A stretch of DNA of 63,669 nt, filler included, from Octopus bimaculoides (Eukaryota), in NCBI RefSeq assembly GCF_001194135.2. It is 6 parts of 5 records of this genome, joined end to end, with 100 filler letters (N's around TTAATTAATTAA, not from the genome) between each part and the next. Parts side by side here need not be neighbours in the genome. Positions count along the whole stretch, not along the records: positions 1 to 22,839 come from NC_069000.1; 5 more parts are not named here. The stretch is one strand, 5' to 3'. Made by a program: the position numbers and the translations under genes. The notes under the pieces are model-generated. The model was not told where the DNA came from. It ran no database searches and saw only the letters and a program-made list of their open reading frames with translations. Positions 10,216-21,432 of this stretch are shown one piece after another. Position 1 is the stretch's first letter; every line of letters starts with the position of its first letter.

Positions 10216-11150
10216 TTTTTTTTTTCTTTACTTACTGAATTTGGAAGAATGCCCTGTGTCTGTGACTTTTGCATGTCTTTCGAGACTGACGGGATTGATG
10301 CCGTTAATGTTTCGTTTAAATTGTTGTAGATCAACACCTGTAGAAAAGACATCAGAAGGAAGACGATTCCAGAGGACTGATGTTCTAGGGTAAAAGGAAT
10401 GGAATGCTTAGTACGAGATCTTGTTATACACAATAAAGGAGACGAAAGTTGCATCGGCGAGTGGGTTTGGAAAGCTTAAGTGGAAGAAATACAAGGCAAG
10501 CTAGCTCCGTGGAACAGAAGTTATTATAGAAGCATTAGAAAAAACCGAGAAAGGAGAGATAGTACGCCTGTAGGCCAGAGGCATGAGTGTATCTGTTAGT
10601 GATTTAATTCCAATCAATCGAGTGACTCTTCTCAGGATGCGGTATAGATGTCTGTGTGAATAGCAGTAACACCGTCCCTTACGTGGGCGCAGAATTCCAT
10701 TTTGATTCTAACTTGAGCTTTGTCGAGTGTCAGCAATAATTGAGGGCTGAAATATCTCCTAGCTCTGAACAGTTTTGTGGGTGCGGTTCTAGCTGTTTCA
10801 TGACTGTGCTTCCACCAGGAGAGATCCTCGGTGACAATGGGGCACTGCTTTTAGGAAGACTATTAGGGATTTAGCTCACTGCCGCTGATGTTTAAGGATT
10901 AAGGTGTTTCCTTCAAGAATAGTGTTTGAGCTCTTACACTCAGACACAAGATTGGCATGGCCCCACTGTTGAATGCACTTCTGGTCACCGTTTACGGAAT
11001 CAACACAGGTCTAGTGTGTGGTTTATAGGTTGCATGTGGATGATACGTGGTTTGAGAAAGTTAGAGTGAATGAATGGTCGTCATATCATCTGCATAAAAG
11101 TGGGTGTTGTTGGGCTTGGTAGCAAATAAGTTATTAATGTATAGAAATAA
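10216..11150 (-). mobile_element. CR1/L2/Jockey-group LINE, 3' part with RT catalytic motif and A-rich tail
   Basis: The minus strand gives HFYADDM (11085-11096), LFRARRYFSPQLLLTLDKAQVRIKMEFCAHV and SFYPRTSVLWNRLPSDVFSTGVDLQQFKRNIN, then an A-run at ~10216-10226. Confidence 0.85.
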
Positions 11151-11924
11151 GAGAATGAAAGACAAAACCGAAACTGTGGTTGAAAGCAGTGGAAAAAGTT
11201 GATCTTGTAATGTGTTGAGCAATCAAGCTAAGGGAACAAGTTTTTATTTTGTTTAAATGTTTGCCTATGTAATGTTAGTTCACTTTATGGTCTTCTCTTA
11301 TCTTCTTGTTATCAATTATATTTGCTTATCGCTAAAATAGAGATTATGTAAGTAGAAGAGATAAACTTCAACTAGCTTTAATGACTTTTCATACATTAGC
11401 TACAAGACAGTCAGTAATGTAACAAATACTCGCCATGTAAAAGTTGAATATCGACTGACGAAAGTGAAATTGAAAACTGATCAACCGAACAAAGTTTTTT
11501 TCTTTTCTTTTTACAAATTCTTTCTGCTATAGGAACGAGGTCTGAAATTGTGAGCAAAGTGAATTCAATCTTAGTACTCCAAAGGTGCTTGTTTTATCAA
11601 TCTTGAAAGAATGAAAGGTGAAATACGAACTGATAGAAATGATGCTAACCATTTTTGTCCCGAGTACTAATGATTCTTCATACTCGTTGCATTTTGTTGT
11701 TTTACAAAAAAATATACTATTGGTTTCAGACTTTGGCACAAGATCAACAATTTCTAGAAGGGGTTAAATCGATTACATTGACCCCAGTGCTCAACTGGTA
11801 CTTACTTTATCGACCCCTTATCAGACGAGTAGTCATGATGGGTATACTGGGCTTTGTATATTTTACCCCAGTGTCACTTTGATGGCATGCTCTCTCACTC
11901 AATGATAATAATAATAATGATGAT

Positions 11925-12300
11925 GATGATGATAATCCTTTCTACTATAAGCACAAAGCCTGAAATTTTGTGGGAGGGGGCCAGTTGATTAGATCGACCC
12001 CCAATACGCAACTGGTACTTAATTTATCGACGCCGAAAGGATGAAAGACAAGTCGAGCTCAGAACGTAAAGACTNNNNNNNNNNATGATGATGATGATAA
12101 TCCTTTCTACTATAAGCACAAAGCCTGAAATTTTGTGGGAGGGGGCCAGTTGATTAGATCGACCCCCAATACGCAACTGGTACTTAATTTATCGACGCCG
12201 AAAGGATGAAAGACAAGTCGAGCTCAGAACGTAAAGACTGATAAGATACTGCTACGTATTTCGCCCGGCGTGCTAACGATTCTGCCAGCTCACCACCTTG
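11925..12300 (-). mobile_element. SINE family C (partly duplicated across a 10-N gap)
   Basis: Reverse complement of family C. Confidence 0.85.
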
Positions 12301-12307
12301 TTTAATA

Positions 12308-12339
<32 letters not shown>

Positions 12340-13002
12340 GAGTATGGAGACTTGAACGTCGACAAAATTTATTTTATGATTATAAGCAGCATATTGCAAT
12401 GACCTATACGTGTTTCCACTGCAGCGACTGCTCTCTCTTGCAAAAGCAGCCTTGCAATATTGTCGGTGCAGCTTCGTCAAGATCGGTCCATTTGGTCGTT
12501 CCCGAAGTGCGCTGGTTAAATTAAATTTTTGTAAGTTAGTGTTCTGTGAGAGGTTGAAGTGTTGCTGATTTTAGGTATGTGTTGCTAACCTCAACTTCAC
12601 CCCAGTCACTGTCCGAAATTAGGGCATAAAATAGGTTATGGTCGAGATTGTTGATTTTGTAAGGTTCCTTGTTCTTCTAAATAGCTGTGTGTGTTATTTT
12701 TGATTTCGAGAATAGTGTTTGTACTAAATTAATACAAGACACGAACAAGCCCTGAGATGTTTAAACAAACATCGATTGACCTTCAAAAATTATCAATGAT
12801 TCTAGATAGCCAAGGCCCCAGCAACATTCAAGCCTAACGTAAATAATAGTAGTAACATAACCTGAACATAAAAATATTTAATAAAATCTATTTGATATAC
12901 ATCAGTAGTGAAAAAAAATGAATACTCTACACAATATGCAACACAAATAAAGGAGCAGCCCAAGCAAAAAATGAATATGAACAAACAAGTACTCTTTAAT
13001 TA

Positions 13003-13383
13003 TTGTTGGCACTCCGTCGCTTACGACGCCGAGGGTTCCAGTTGATCCGATCAACGGAACAGCCTGCTCGTGAAATTAACGTGCAAGTGGCTGAGCACTC
13101 CACAGACACGTGTACCCTTAAGGTAGTTCTAGGAGATATTCAGCGTGACACAGTGTGACAAGGCTGACCCTTTGAAATACAGGCACAACAGAAACAGGAA
13201 GTAAGAGTGAGAGAAAGTTGTGGTGAAAGAGTACAGCAGGGTTCGCCACCATCTCCTGCCGGAGCCTCGTGGAGCTTTAGGTGTTTTCGCTCAATAAACA
13301 CTCACAACGCCCGGTCTGGGAATCGAAACCACGATCCTATGACCGCAAGTCTGCTGCCCTAACCACTGGGCCATTGCGCCTCC
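13003..13383 (-). mobile_element. SINE family B, full length
   Basis: Reverse complement of 7803-8185. Confidence 0.92.
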
Positions 13384-14169
13384 ACTCTTTAATAATACAC
13401 TCGAAATCAAAAATAACACACACACACCAAATATCTATTTCGGTCAGTTTAACTTCCCATAAACCGTCACAGTTCTCAATGCGCAAGATATTTGCGGACC
13501 AAACTTAGTCACGCAAATTTTCATCATCAACCTCAACATCTAACTCTTACACTACACCAGAAATCCTTACATCAGCATGATGCAACATGTTTAACAGGCT
13601 TATCATTATTCGTTGATAAGATCTGGATTATCTTTCGAGTGGATTCGACTAAGCGTATCTCTAGCGCGCTCTTTTCTGTCTTTTATCAGAAGAGTGTGTG
13701 TGCGCGTGTGAACGAGTACGTTCATGCATACATACATACACAGACTCACATACATACATATTAACAAAAAAGGTACACAAGTGACTCGGTGACTCAAGAA
13801 GCAAGAGTTCGTACATGGTACGCACACACACACACATATAAACATATATATATGTACACACACTCATACACGCGCACGCACGCACACACACATAGTTCGA
13901 ATTTACTGAAAACAAAAGACGAAGACAGGTGTATAAACAAGAAGCAGGTGTATTAATTTGACGCTCGGGAAGAATGGAAATGTCTTCGAGAGAAAGGATT
14001 GAGAAGTAAAAAATGGAGAAAGAACGCGAAAACGGAGAGAGAGCATATGTATAGTGGTTAACGATTTAACATGATGAAAATACGTGTGTGTGTGTGTCTT
14101 CTGCATTTAATCATTTAAACTCTTCCTCTGAGGAAGGAACTGGTTTCTAACAAAGATACACAGCTCCAT

Positions 14170-14697
14170 CTAACGAAAACAATGACACATTTTAAATCTG
14201 AGAAAAGTCTTGCATAGGTTAACGTCCTACTTGTAGATTATATTTGCAATGTCCGAATCAGTTGGTTGATTTCGTTTTCTGAAAATCCAAACAGTTAGGC
14301 ATTTACTTAGAAAACCAAGTGCTCCAAATATTATGGGTACAGATGTAAATTTGTAATCCGGATATAGAAGCCGGAGGTTTCGAAACAGTTGTCACTAGTT
14401 ATTTTCTTTCCCTTTGATTTTCAAAGAGATATTCACATCAACAGGACAGCTGACCTCTAAGACAGTACATACTTATTCTTGTCTGTCCCAAACAATAATA
14501 TGCGGCCTGTTTTGATGGGAATGTTCCACCAGTATTCCTTGTGTTGGTATTTGCGTATGTATTCAATAACAAGGGAGTTCTCTATATTTATTCCAGGACA
14601 GTCTTTTTTTCCGAATGGCATTGTATATTGTTTTGCAACAACGTCATGTAGCATAGGGAGGTAGTACTCTGATGACATTTTGGGGTAGCTTCTATCC
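14170..14697 (-). mobile_element. RLE-type (R4/Dong-like) LINE, degenerate 3' fragment
   Basis: PKMSSEYYLPMLHDVVAK...KEYWWNIPIKT (end of the CCHC region), then EVSCPVDVNISLKIKGKEN...LYPDYKFTSVPIIFGALG...LCKTFLRF (restriction-like endonuclease and C-terminus). Confidence 0.75.
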
Positions 14698-14721
14698 ATG
14701 TATGTATGTACGTATGTACCA

Positions 14722-14794
14722 GCCGAAATAGCTCGGTTGGAAGGACATTAGACTGAAGGTCTAAAGTTCCGTAGAGCAATCCCGGGTTTCGGTA
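14722..14794 (+). pseudogene. tRNA-Phe(GAA) pseudogene
   Basis: 73 nt, GCCGAAATAGCTCGGTTGG...TTAGACTGAAGGTCTAAAG...ATCCCGGGTTTCGGTA. 60/73 identical to canonical metazoan tRNA-Phe as I recall it. The B box (GTTCGA) is mutated to GAGCAA. Confidence 0.85.
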
Positions 14795-14809
14795 GCTGGT
14801 CTACATTAT

Positions 14810-14915
14810 TTAGGCACATGCATGACTGTATGGTAAGAAGTTGCTTCCCAAACAACATGGTTCCGGGTTCAGTCCCACTGCATGCCATCTTGGACAAATA
14901 TCTTCTACTATAACC
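14810..14915 (+). mobile_element. SINE family A head only, ending in a (GATA)n tract
   Basis: GGTAAGAAGTTGCTTCCC..CATGGTTCCGGGTTCAGTCCCACTG. Confidence 0.8.
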
Positions 14916-14935
14916 CATGTATGTACGTATATGTG

Positions 14936-14972
<37 letters not shown>

Positions 14973-15244
14973 GGAGATGGATAGATAGATAGATTAAAAT
15001 AAAAAAAGGAAAGGAAAAACAATTGACATCACTCGAAAAATTCTTTAATTTAGATAAATAATATAAATATCATATTATCTAAATTAATTTTTTTTTTCGA
15101 GTGATACCAAGTGTTTTTCTTTTCCTGTTTTTTTTTATTCTATATCTTCAAGAAGAAACCACTTCAAGCTGCCTTCGATAAGCAGTCTCAACACAACACA
15201 CGCATTGTTTGCTTTTGATTTTGTCGGCTACGCAGTATAGTAGG

Positions 15245-16007
15245 GTTAGTTGGGCACGGTCCGTGAGAAAAACAGCACCATGACATAATTCATTCTGCCA
15301 GAAATTTGGAAACGACTTGCTGTACTGCTTGACATTCGTACTGGAAGCTCCAACACAAACATTTCAGCGTGTTTGGGTGTCAACCTGAGGACAGTGCAAT
15401 CTGAGAACATGTACCGAGAGTGATAAAAATCATTCGTCCCATCAAAATCATGGTGTTTGGAATGGTCACTAGTGATGGCGACATTATGCCGCCATTCATC
15501 TTCATACACGGCCTCGCACTCAACATCAAGTGCCTGGAGGAGGTAGTGCTGCCCTGGGTCAAGAAGATGGCTGCTAGAAGACCCTATATCTAGCAACAGG
15601 ATTCTACACATTGCCACACAAGCAGGAGAACCTAGTCATCGCTGTCAGACAATTGCTGCGACCACATCACCCCTAACATCTGGCCACCTAACTCCCCAGA
15701 CAGCAAGCCCCTTGATTATAATGTGATGGGCGTAGTTGAGCGAGAGACCAACAAAACGTCTCGTAACACTAAACATGAACTGAAGGCAAGGATTATGGCA
15801 ACATTCACCAACTTAAACAACGAGACCGTCCAGAAGAGTTGCAGGAGATTCCGAAATCGTCTGGAGGCCGTGGTTGAAGCCAATGGCAATTTTATTGAAT
15901 AAATTTACTCTCTAGTATTTCAAGATATTTTTATGTAACTTTGGTAAATATATCTGTCAAATTGAGATGTCAGTGTTATTTTCATTTTTGCATAAATTAG
16001 GCGACTG
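15245..16007 (+). mobile_element. Internally deleted maT-type (DD37D) Tc1/mariner transposon
   Basis: An N-terminal HTH piece (15280-15400) is fused to VPRVIKIIRPIKIMVFGMVTSDG...QQDSTHCH...WPPNSPDSKPLDY...RFRNRLEAVVEANGNFIE* (stop 15900-15902). There are 37 residues between the 2nd and 3rd catalytic Asp, two TGG/CAG-to-TAG stops, and a putative right TIR ending GGCGACTG at 16007. Confidence 0.85.
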
Positions 16008-16037
16008 TTTATTCAACACACACACATATATAAACAC

Positions 16038-16070
<33 letters not shown>

Positions 16071-16815
16071 NNNNNNNNNNNNNNNNNNNNNNNNNNNNNN
16101 NNNNNNNNNNNNNNNNNNNNNNNNNNNNNNNNNNNNNNNNNNNNNNNNNNNNNNNNNNNNNNNNNNNNNNNNNNNNNNNNNNNNNNNNNNNNNNNNNNNN
16201 NNNNNNNNNNNNNNNNNNNNNNNNNNNNNNNNNNNNNNNNNNNNNNNNNNNNNNNNNNNNNNNNNNNNNNNNNNNNNNNNNNNNNNNNNNNNNNNNNNNN
16301 NNNNNNNNNNNNNNNNNNNNNNNNNNNNNNNNNNNNNNNNNNNNNNNNNNNNNNNNNNNNNNNNNNNNNNNNNNNNNNNNNNNNNNNNNNNNNNNNNNNN
16401 NNNNNNNNNNNNNNNNNNNNNNNNNNNNNNNNNNNNNNNNNNNNNNNNNNNNNNNNNNNNNNNNNNNNNNNNNNNNNNNNNNNNNNNNNNNNNNNNNNNN
16501 NNNNNNNNNNNNNNNNNNNNNNNNNNNNNNNNNNNNNNNNNNNNNNNNNNNNNNNNNNNNNNNNNNNNNNNNNNNNNNNNNNNNNNNNNNNNNNNNNNNN
16601 NNNNNNNNNNNNNNNNNNNNNNNNNNNNNNNNNNNNNNNNNNNNNNNNNNNNNNNNNNNNNNNNNNNNNNNNNNNNNNNNNNNNNNNNNNNNNNNNNNNN
16701 NNNNNNNNNNNNNNNNNNNNNNNNNNNNNNNNNNNNNNNNNNNNNNNNNNNNNNNNNNNNNNNNNNNNNNNNNNNNNNNNNNNNNNNNNNNNNNNNNNNN
16801 NNNNNNNNNNNNNNN

Positions 16816-16850
<35 letters not shown>

Positions 16851-17994
16851 GTATGTGTCTGTATTTGTCCCCTCACCATCGCTTAACGGTCGATGTTGGT
16901 GTGTATACGTCCTCGTAACTTAGCGGTTCGGCAAAGAAGACCTCCTATAGAGGACGGTGTTACTGTTGTTTTTAGCCCCAGGTAGACATCTCCTCCAGCT
17001 GGCCAACGACACACAATCTGTGGTCCGGTTAGTATTTGCGAGGGAGGTCATCGTGTCCATCTCTAAGCCAGTATGTGTGTACGTATAATATATGTATTTG
17101 TGTATGTATGTCGACTATACAGATAAAATTAACAAATTCATAAATTTGATATGACTCGAGTGTTACTTGAATGAAGCAAATACTTTTTATCTATTTCTTT
17201 TTACAATACTTAATTCTTAATATTGCGTAATATGTTGCAATTCTACGTTTAGTGTTTAGTTTTGTTTAGTATGCCAGTCAGTCGTCCGTTCTAGTTGTCG
17301 ATATACATTGCATCACTGAAAATAGGTTTATTGCTTCATTTGGCGCCCCCACTTCTCACAAATGACGTCATATGTTCTGTCATCGTTATATATGTGTATG
17401 GATGTGTATCTGTATGTAATTGTACGAGTGTTTTACTATAGCTTCGGGCCAATCAAGGCTTTATGAATGAATTTGGTTGATGGAAACTGAAAGAAGCTCG
17501 TTGTGTGTACATATGTAGGTGTGGACCAAAATGAAATGTTTTTACAGCATTCTCGATTTTTTAAAAATATTTTTTTACAAATGTTCACTAGCTTACAAAA
17601 AACTATATCAACTACGCAAATGGCCTTCCCTAAATGCATTACAATTATTATAACATAATCTGATCATTATTTCAAAAATTTATCACCGTTCTCTTTGTGC
17701 ACGTAAAAGACAAATTTGGCTGGGGCAAAATGAGTAAGGCAAGATAATGTAAATTTGTCGCTTCAATTCTCTAGAAGATAAAATCATACACATCAATATC
17801 CATCGCTAGGCATCAGAGAGATCAGAAATACAAGAAAAAAAATCAAATATCTTGGCCAAATGAAAGAAGATCAGGGGAAAATGTTACATGATATAAATAA
17901 GTACCAGTTACGCACTAGGGTCGATGTAATCGCTTTCCCTTTGTCTGTCCTTGTTTGTTCCTTCTATACCCGTGGGCAATAAAGAAATAAATAT

Positions 17995-18760
17995 TTTAAA
18001 GCGTCGAGCTGGCAGAAACGTTAGCACGCTGGGCGAAATGCTTAGCGATATTTCGTCTGTCTTTACGTTCTGTGTTCAAATTCCGTTGAGGTCGACTTTG
18101 CCTTTCATCTTGTTGGGGTCGATAAATTAAGTACCAGTTGCGTACTGGGTCGATTTAATCGACTGCTCGGATCTTTTTTAAAACGGGCGCCACATTTTTC
18201 ATTAACGAAACACTTTGAAACTTGGAACACTGGTAGAATGTGTCATATAAAACATCTTTTTCTCTTAGTCTTCTTAAAAAAAAAAGAAATCCACAAGTTA
18301 TTCCATGTTAAAGTTGTCGTATTTCTGTAATTNNNNNNNNNNNNNNNNNNNNNNNNNNNNNNNNNNNNNNNNNNNNNNNNNNNNNNNNNNNNNNNNNNNN
18401 NNNNNNNNNNNNNNNNNNNNNNNNNNNNNNNNNNNNNNNNNNNNNNNNNNNNNNNNNNNNNNNNNNNNNNNNNNNNNNNNNNNNNNNNNNNNNNNNNNNN
18501 NNNNNNNNNNNNNNNNNNNNNNNNNNNNNNNNNNNNNNNNNNNNNNNNNNNNNNNNNNNNNNNNNNNNNNNNNNNNTACATGAAATAAATTCGAATACAA
18601 AAATATTTTTCTGTTCTATAACACAAAATAGATAAGTATACGAAGTTTGAAAGTCTTTCCGTACCAAAAACACTACGTAAAACATTAATGAAAAATGTGG
18701 CCCCCGTTTTAAAATAGATCTGACTGCTCCACTTCCCCAAAAGTTTCGGGCTAAGTGCCT
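17995..18760 (+). mobile_element. SINE family C interrupted by a DNA transposon at 18169
   Basis: The SINE sequence resumes at 18722 exactly where it stopped. Confidence 0.85.
18169..18721. mobile_element. Non-autonomous TIR element with 8-bp TSD (Merlin-like)
   Basis: ~36-bp TIR (GGATCTTTTTTAAAACGGGCGCCACATTTTTCATTAA and its reverse complement at the right end). TSD GACTGCTC at 18161-18168 and 18722-18729. A 5'-GG terminus with an 8-bp TSD is the Merlin/IS1016 signature. The interior is partly gap. Confidence 0.75.
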
Positions 18761-18828
18761 AGATTAGAAAAGAATGTAGTAGTTAGACTAAAATATAGAA
18801 GTAGTCAATAGTTCACAGTGAATGAGTA

Positions 18829-19177
18829 TGTAGTAACGCCGTGCGCATGCGTAGTCTCACGCATGCGTGGAATTAAACAGCCAAGCGTTCCCGCTTAATT
18901 CTATCTTTTTTGCAGTCGGCCGACCATGAGCACGGACGTGTCAAGAGTGTCTCTAATACTCCAACCTGGAGACAGTCTCTTTACGTGTTAAGCTGTCTCT
19001 CTACATCTTTCGGACTTACACTCGACAGCTCGCTTACAACTACAGAACGACGTCCCAACAACTATGCTCATACACATAGAAGCTGTAACAACAAGAACTA
19101 AAGATGTATATATTTACCACCTAAATAAAGTGTTGTTTAAGTTGATGGTCTGGAGTTCAGCGTTCCGTTATATTTCA
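18829..19177 (+). mobile_element. Possible solo LTR
   Basis: TG...CA bounded, GC-richer block with AATAAA at 19124-19129 about 50 nt from the end. No TSD found. Confidence 0.35.
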
Positions 19178-20840
19178 TAATTTTATAGTAGGAAAGTCAG
19201 GTATACAATCTAAAGATGTATAACTCACTTTCTACTAAAAGTATTAATTGTGATATGCAGAATGGGTCAATGAAAACTCAACAAAAAATTGTTTTTCATT
19301 ACAAATGTGAACTGTTTGTTTCGTTTTCAAAACACTTCGAATTATTTGGAAAATATTAATTTTGTGTAATTTATTGGTCTGTTATTCATTCAAACTCTAC
19401 CAATTTCTGCTATGAATTACAAATTCAACACACTACCTATATTGAAAAATAGTAAAATGTATTCAAATTTCAAAAACAAGAAGCAAAAGTTGTAGAGTAA
19501 GAATAATGCTGCAGCAAACATGCAACACTACGATAAAAATATTTTTCGCGTTAATTCAAACACCATTGACAAGGCTTAGAATAAATGAAAAAAAGAAAGA
19601 ACGAATTTGTTTAATACCTAGGAGTAGAAGTGCAATGAGTGCCTAACCTGGTTTCAATCTTTAGTTGAGCTCATTTCATTTTACTCTCGACTAAAATATC
19701 TCCAAAATATTCAGTGATACATAGATAATCGAGAATAAATAATTATATATTATTTCAATGGTCTTGACCCTGTACAACAGTGTTTCACTCTCGACATGTG
19801 GAATCTGCTACATGCAAAGGATTCCAGTAACGTACCTAAGATTAGGGGGAGACTAGGAGTGGTGGCCCGTTCTGAGCGACTCATCTAATCTCACAGAATG
19901 CGGCAAGGCAGGTCGTTATCACAAAGAAGAATTGGTCCCCCACCCCATCCCGATTTACCAGTTTGGGACACAAACGTCGCAGTTTTTGATGCATTTTGTC
20001 CTTTTCCTGTCAATACTTCTCTGTTGTGATGATTTTGCCAGAATTAAAAAATTAATAATGTACGATTCCACATATTGACAACAAAACAAGGACGATAACT
20101 TTTTGAAATAGCTTTGGTTAGGAAAAGAACCTAGGGGCTACACCAGATAATTATATCAGGTGTAGCATGGGCTATTTATAAATTAAAGCTATTGCTTTCT
20201 TTACTGAACAGCGTAAATACCTAAATAATTAAAAACATGCTCCAGATCCTACGATACAGATAGTGGTAATTTCCTATTTGACGTTCGTAAAATCGAATTT
20301 GTTTTAGTTTCGATTTCATTTCAACTCGATTAGAATGTCTCGTTGACACCCTGCTGCTCCGCATTTTATTGTGAATCCTAATGAAGTACTTACAGGTCAG
20401 CAGATAATGAAAGGCATACAATTACGACACTGGCTCGATCTTCACACTCGGTGACTTGTATTGCCTGGTGTGCCCGCCGTGAATTGTTGGAGAATTCTCA
20501 CATGTGCCCACGGCAAAACTCTATTTAAAATAAGTCTAACATTCTCCTCGCTTTTTTCTTCTTGTTCGCAGTCGGTACTACTTATAACAATGAAATGATT
20601 TGTTGAAATAAACTTTATGAGTATCTATGATTTTACAAACGTCAAACAGTGATCTAAATGAAAACTTTCCGTTAAAATTCCAATTTTATTTATGTTCTAA
20701 ACTCCAACTGGTTAATACAATAATAGGATAAACTCTTGTATAAGAATTTATCAAGTAGCTAACGTGAAAGAAATTCATAGGGAAGAATCTATCGTTCTTC
20801 CCTAAATCATATTTATTATTTATGCATATATAAGGGCACA

Positions 20841-21432
20841 AACTCCAGGTCACCAAAACAAAAAAGAACAGTCTAATAGGTATAAGAAAATGTATAGAAA
20901 ACTAATATGAAAACAAAATGTTGCGCAAATGAACGGGGGTGGATGGGAGACGACTTTTGAAAAATTCATACGATCCGATTTTTTCATCATAACTTTCAGG
21001 AAAATGGGTATATATTACTGAAATTTTAGAGAAACGCTGTTCAAATAGCATAGATTACGATTATGAAGAAATTTCTGAGGAAATGGAGAGGATTTCGAAA
21101 AATTCACATGATCCGATTTTTTCTCTCATAACTTTCGGATCGTGTGAATTTTGCGACAGTCCTCGCTCCACCCCTTCGGAAAACATTTTCTCCACAAATT
21201 TCTTTATAATCGTAATCTATGCCATTTAAACGGTGTTTCTATAAAATTTCATTGATATGTATCCTTTTTCCTGAATGTTATGAGTGAAAAGTTGAATCGT
21301 GTTAATTTTCCGAAAGACTTCTCCCGACACCCATTCGTTTGCGCAAATTTTTGTTTTTATATTCGTTTTTGATACATTTCTTTTACAATTATTAGACTGT
21401 TTTTTTTTGTTTTTCTTTTGGTGACCGGAGTT
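20841..21432. repeat. ~590-bp imperfect palindrome (foldback-like element) with internally repeated arms
   Basis: The left arm is the reverse complement of the right arm throughout. Central hairpin 21096-21116/21135-21155; sub-repeat AAAAATTCA..CGATCCGATTTTT at ~20960 and ~21098. Confidence 0.85.

Noticed and set aside
11923-12240. Exact ~150-bp direct repeat around a 10-N gap
   Set aside because: Same artefact; 100% identity across a placeholder gap.
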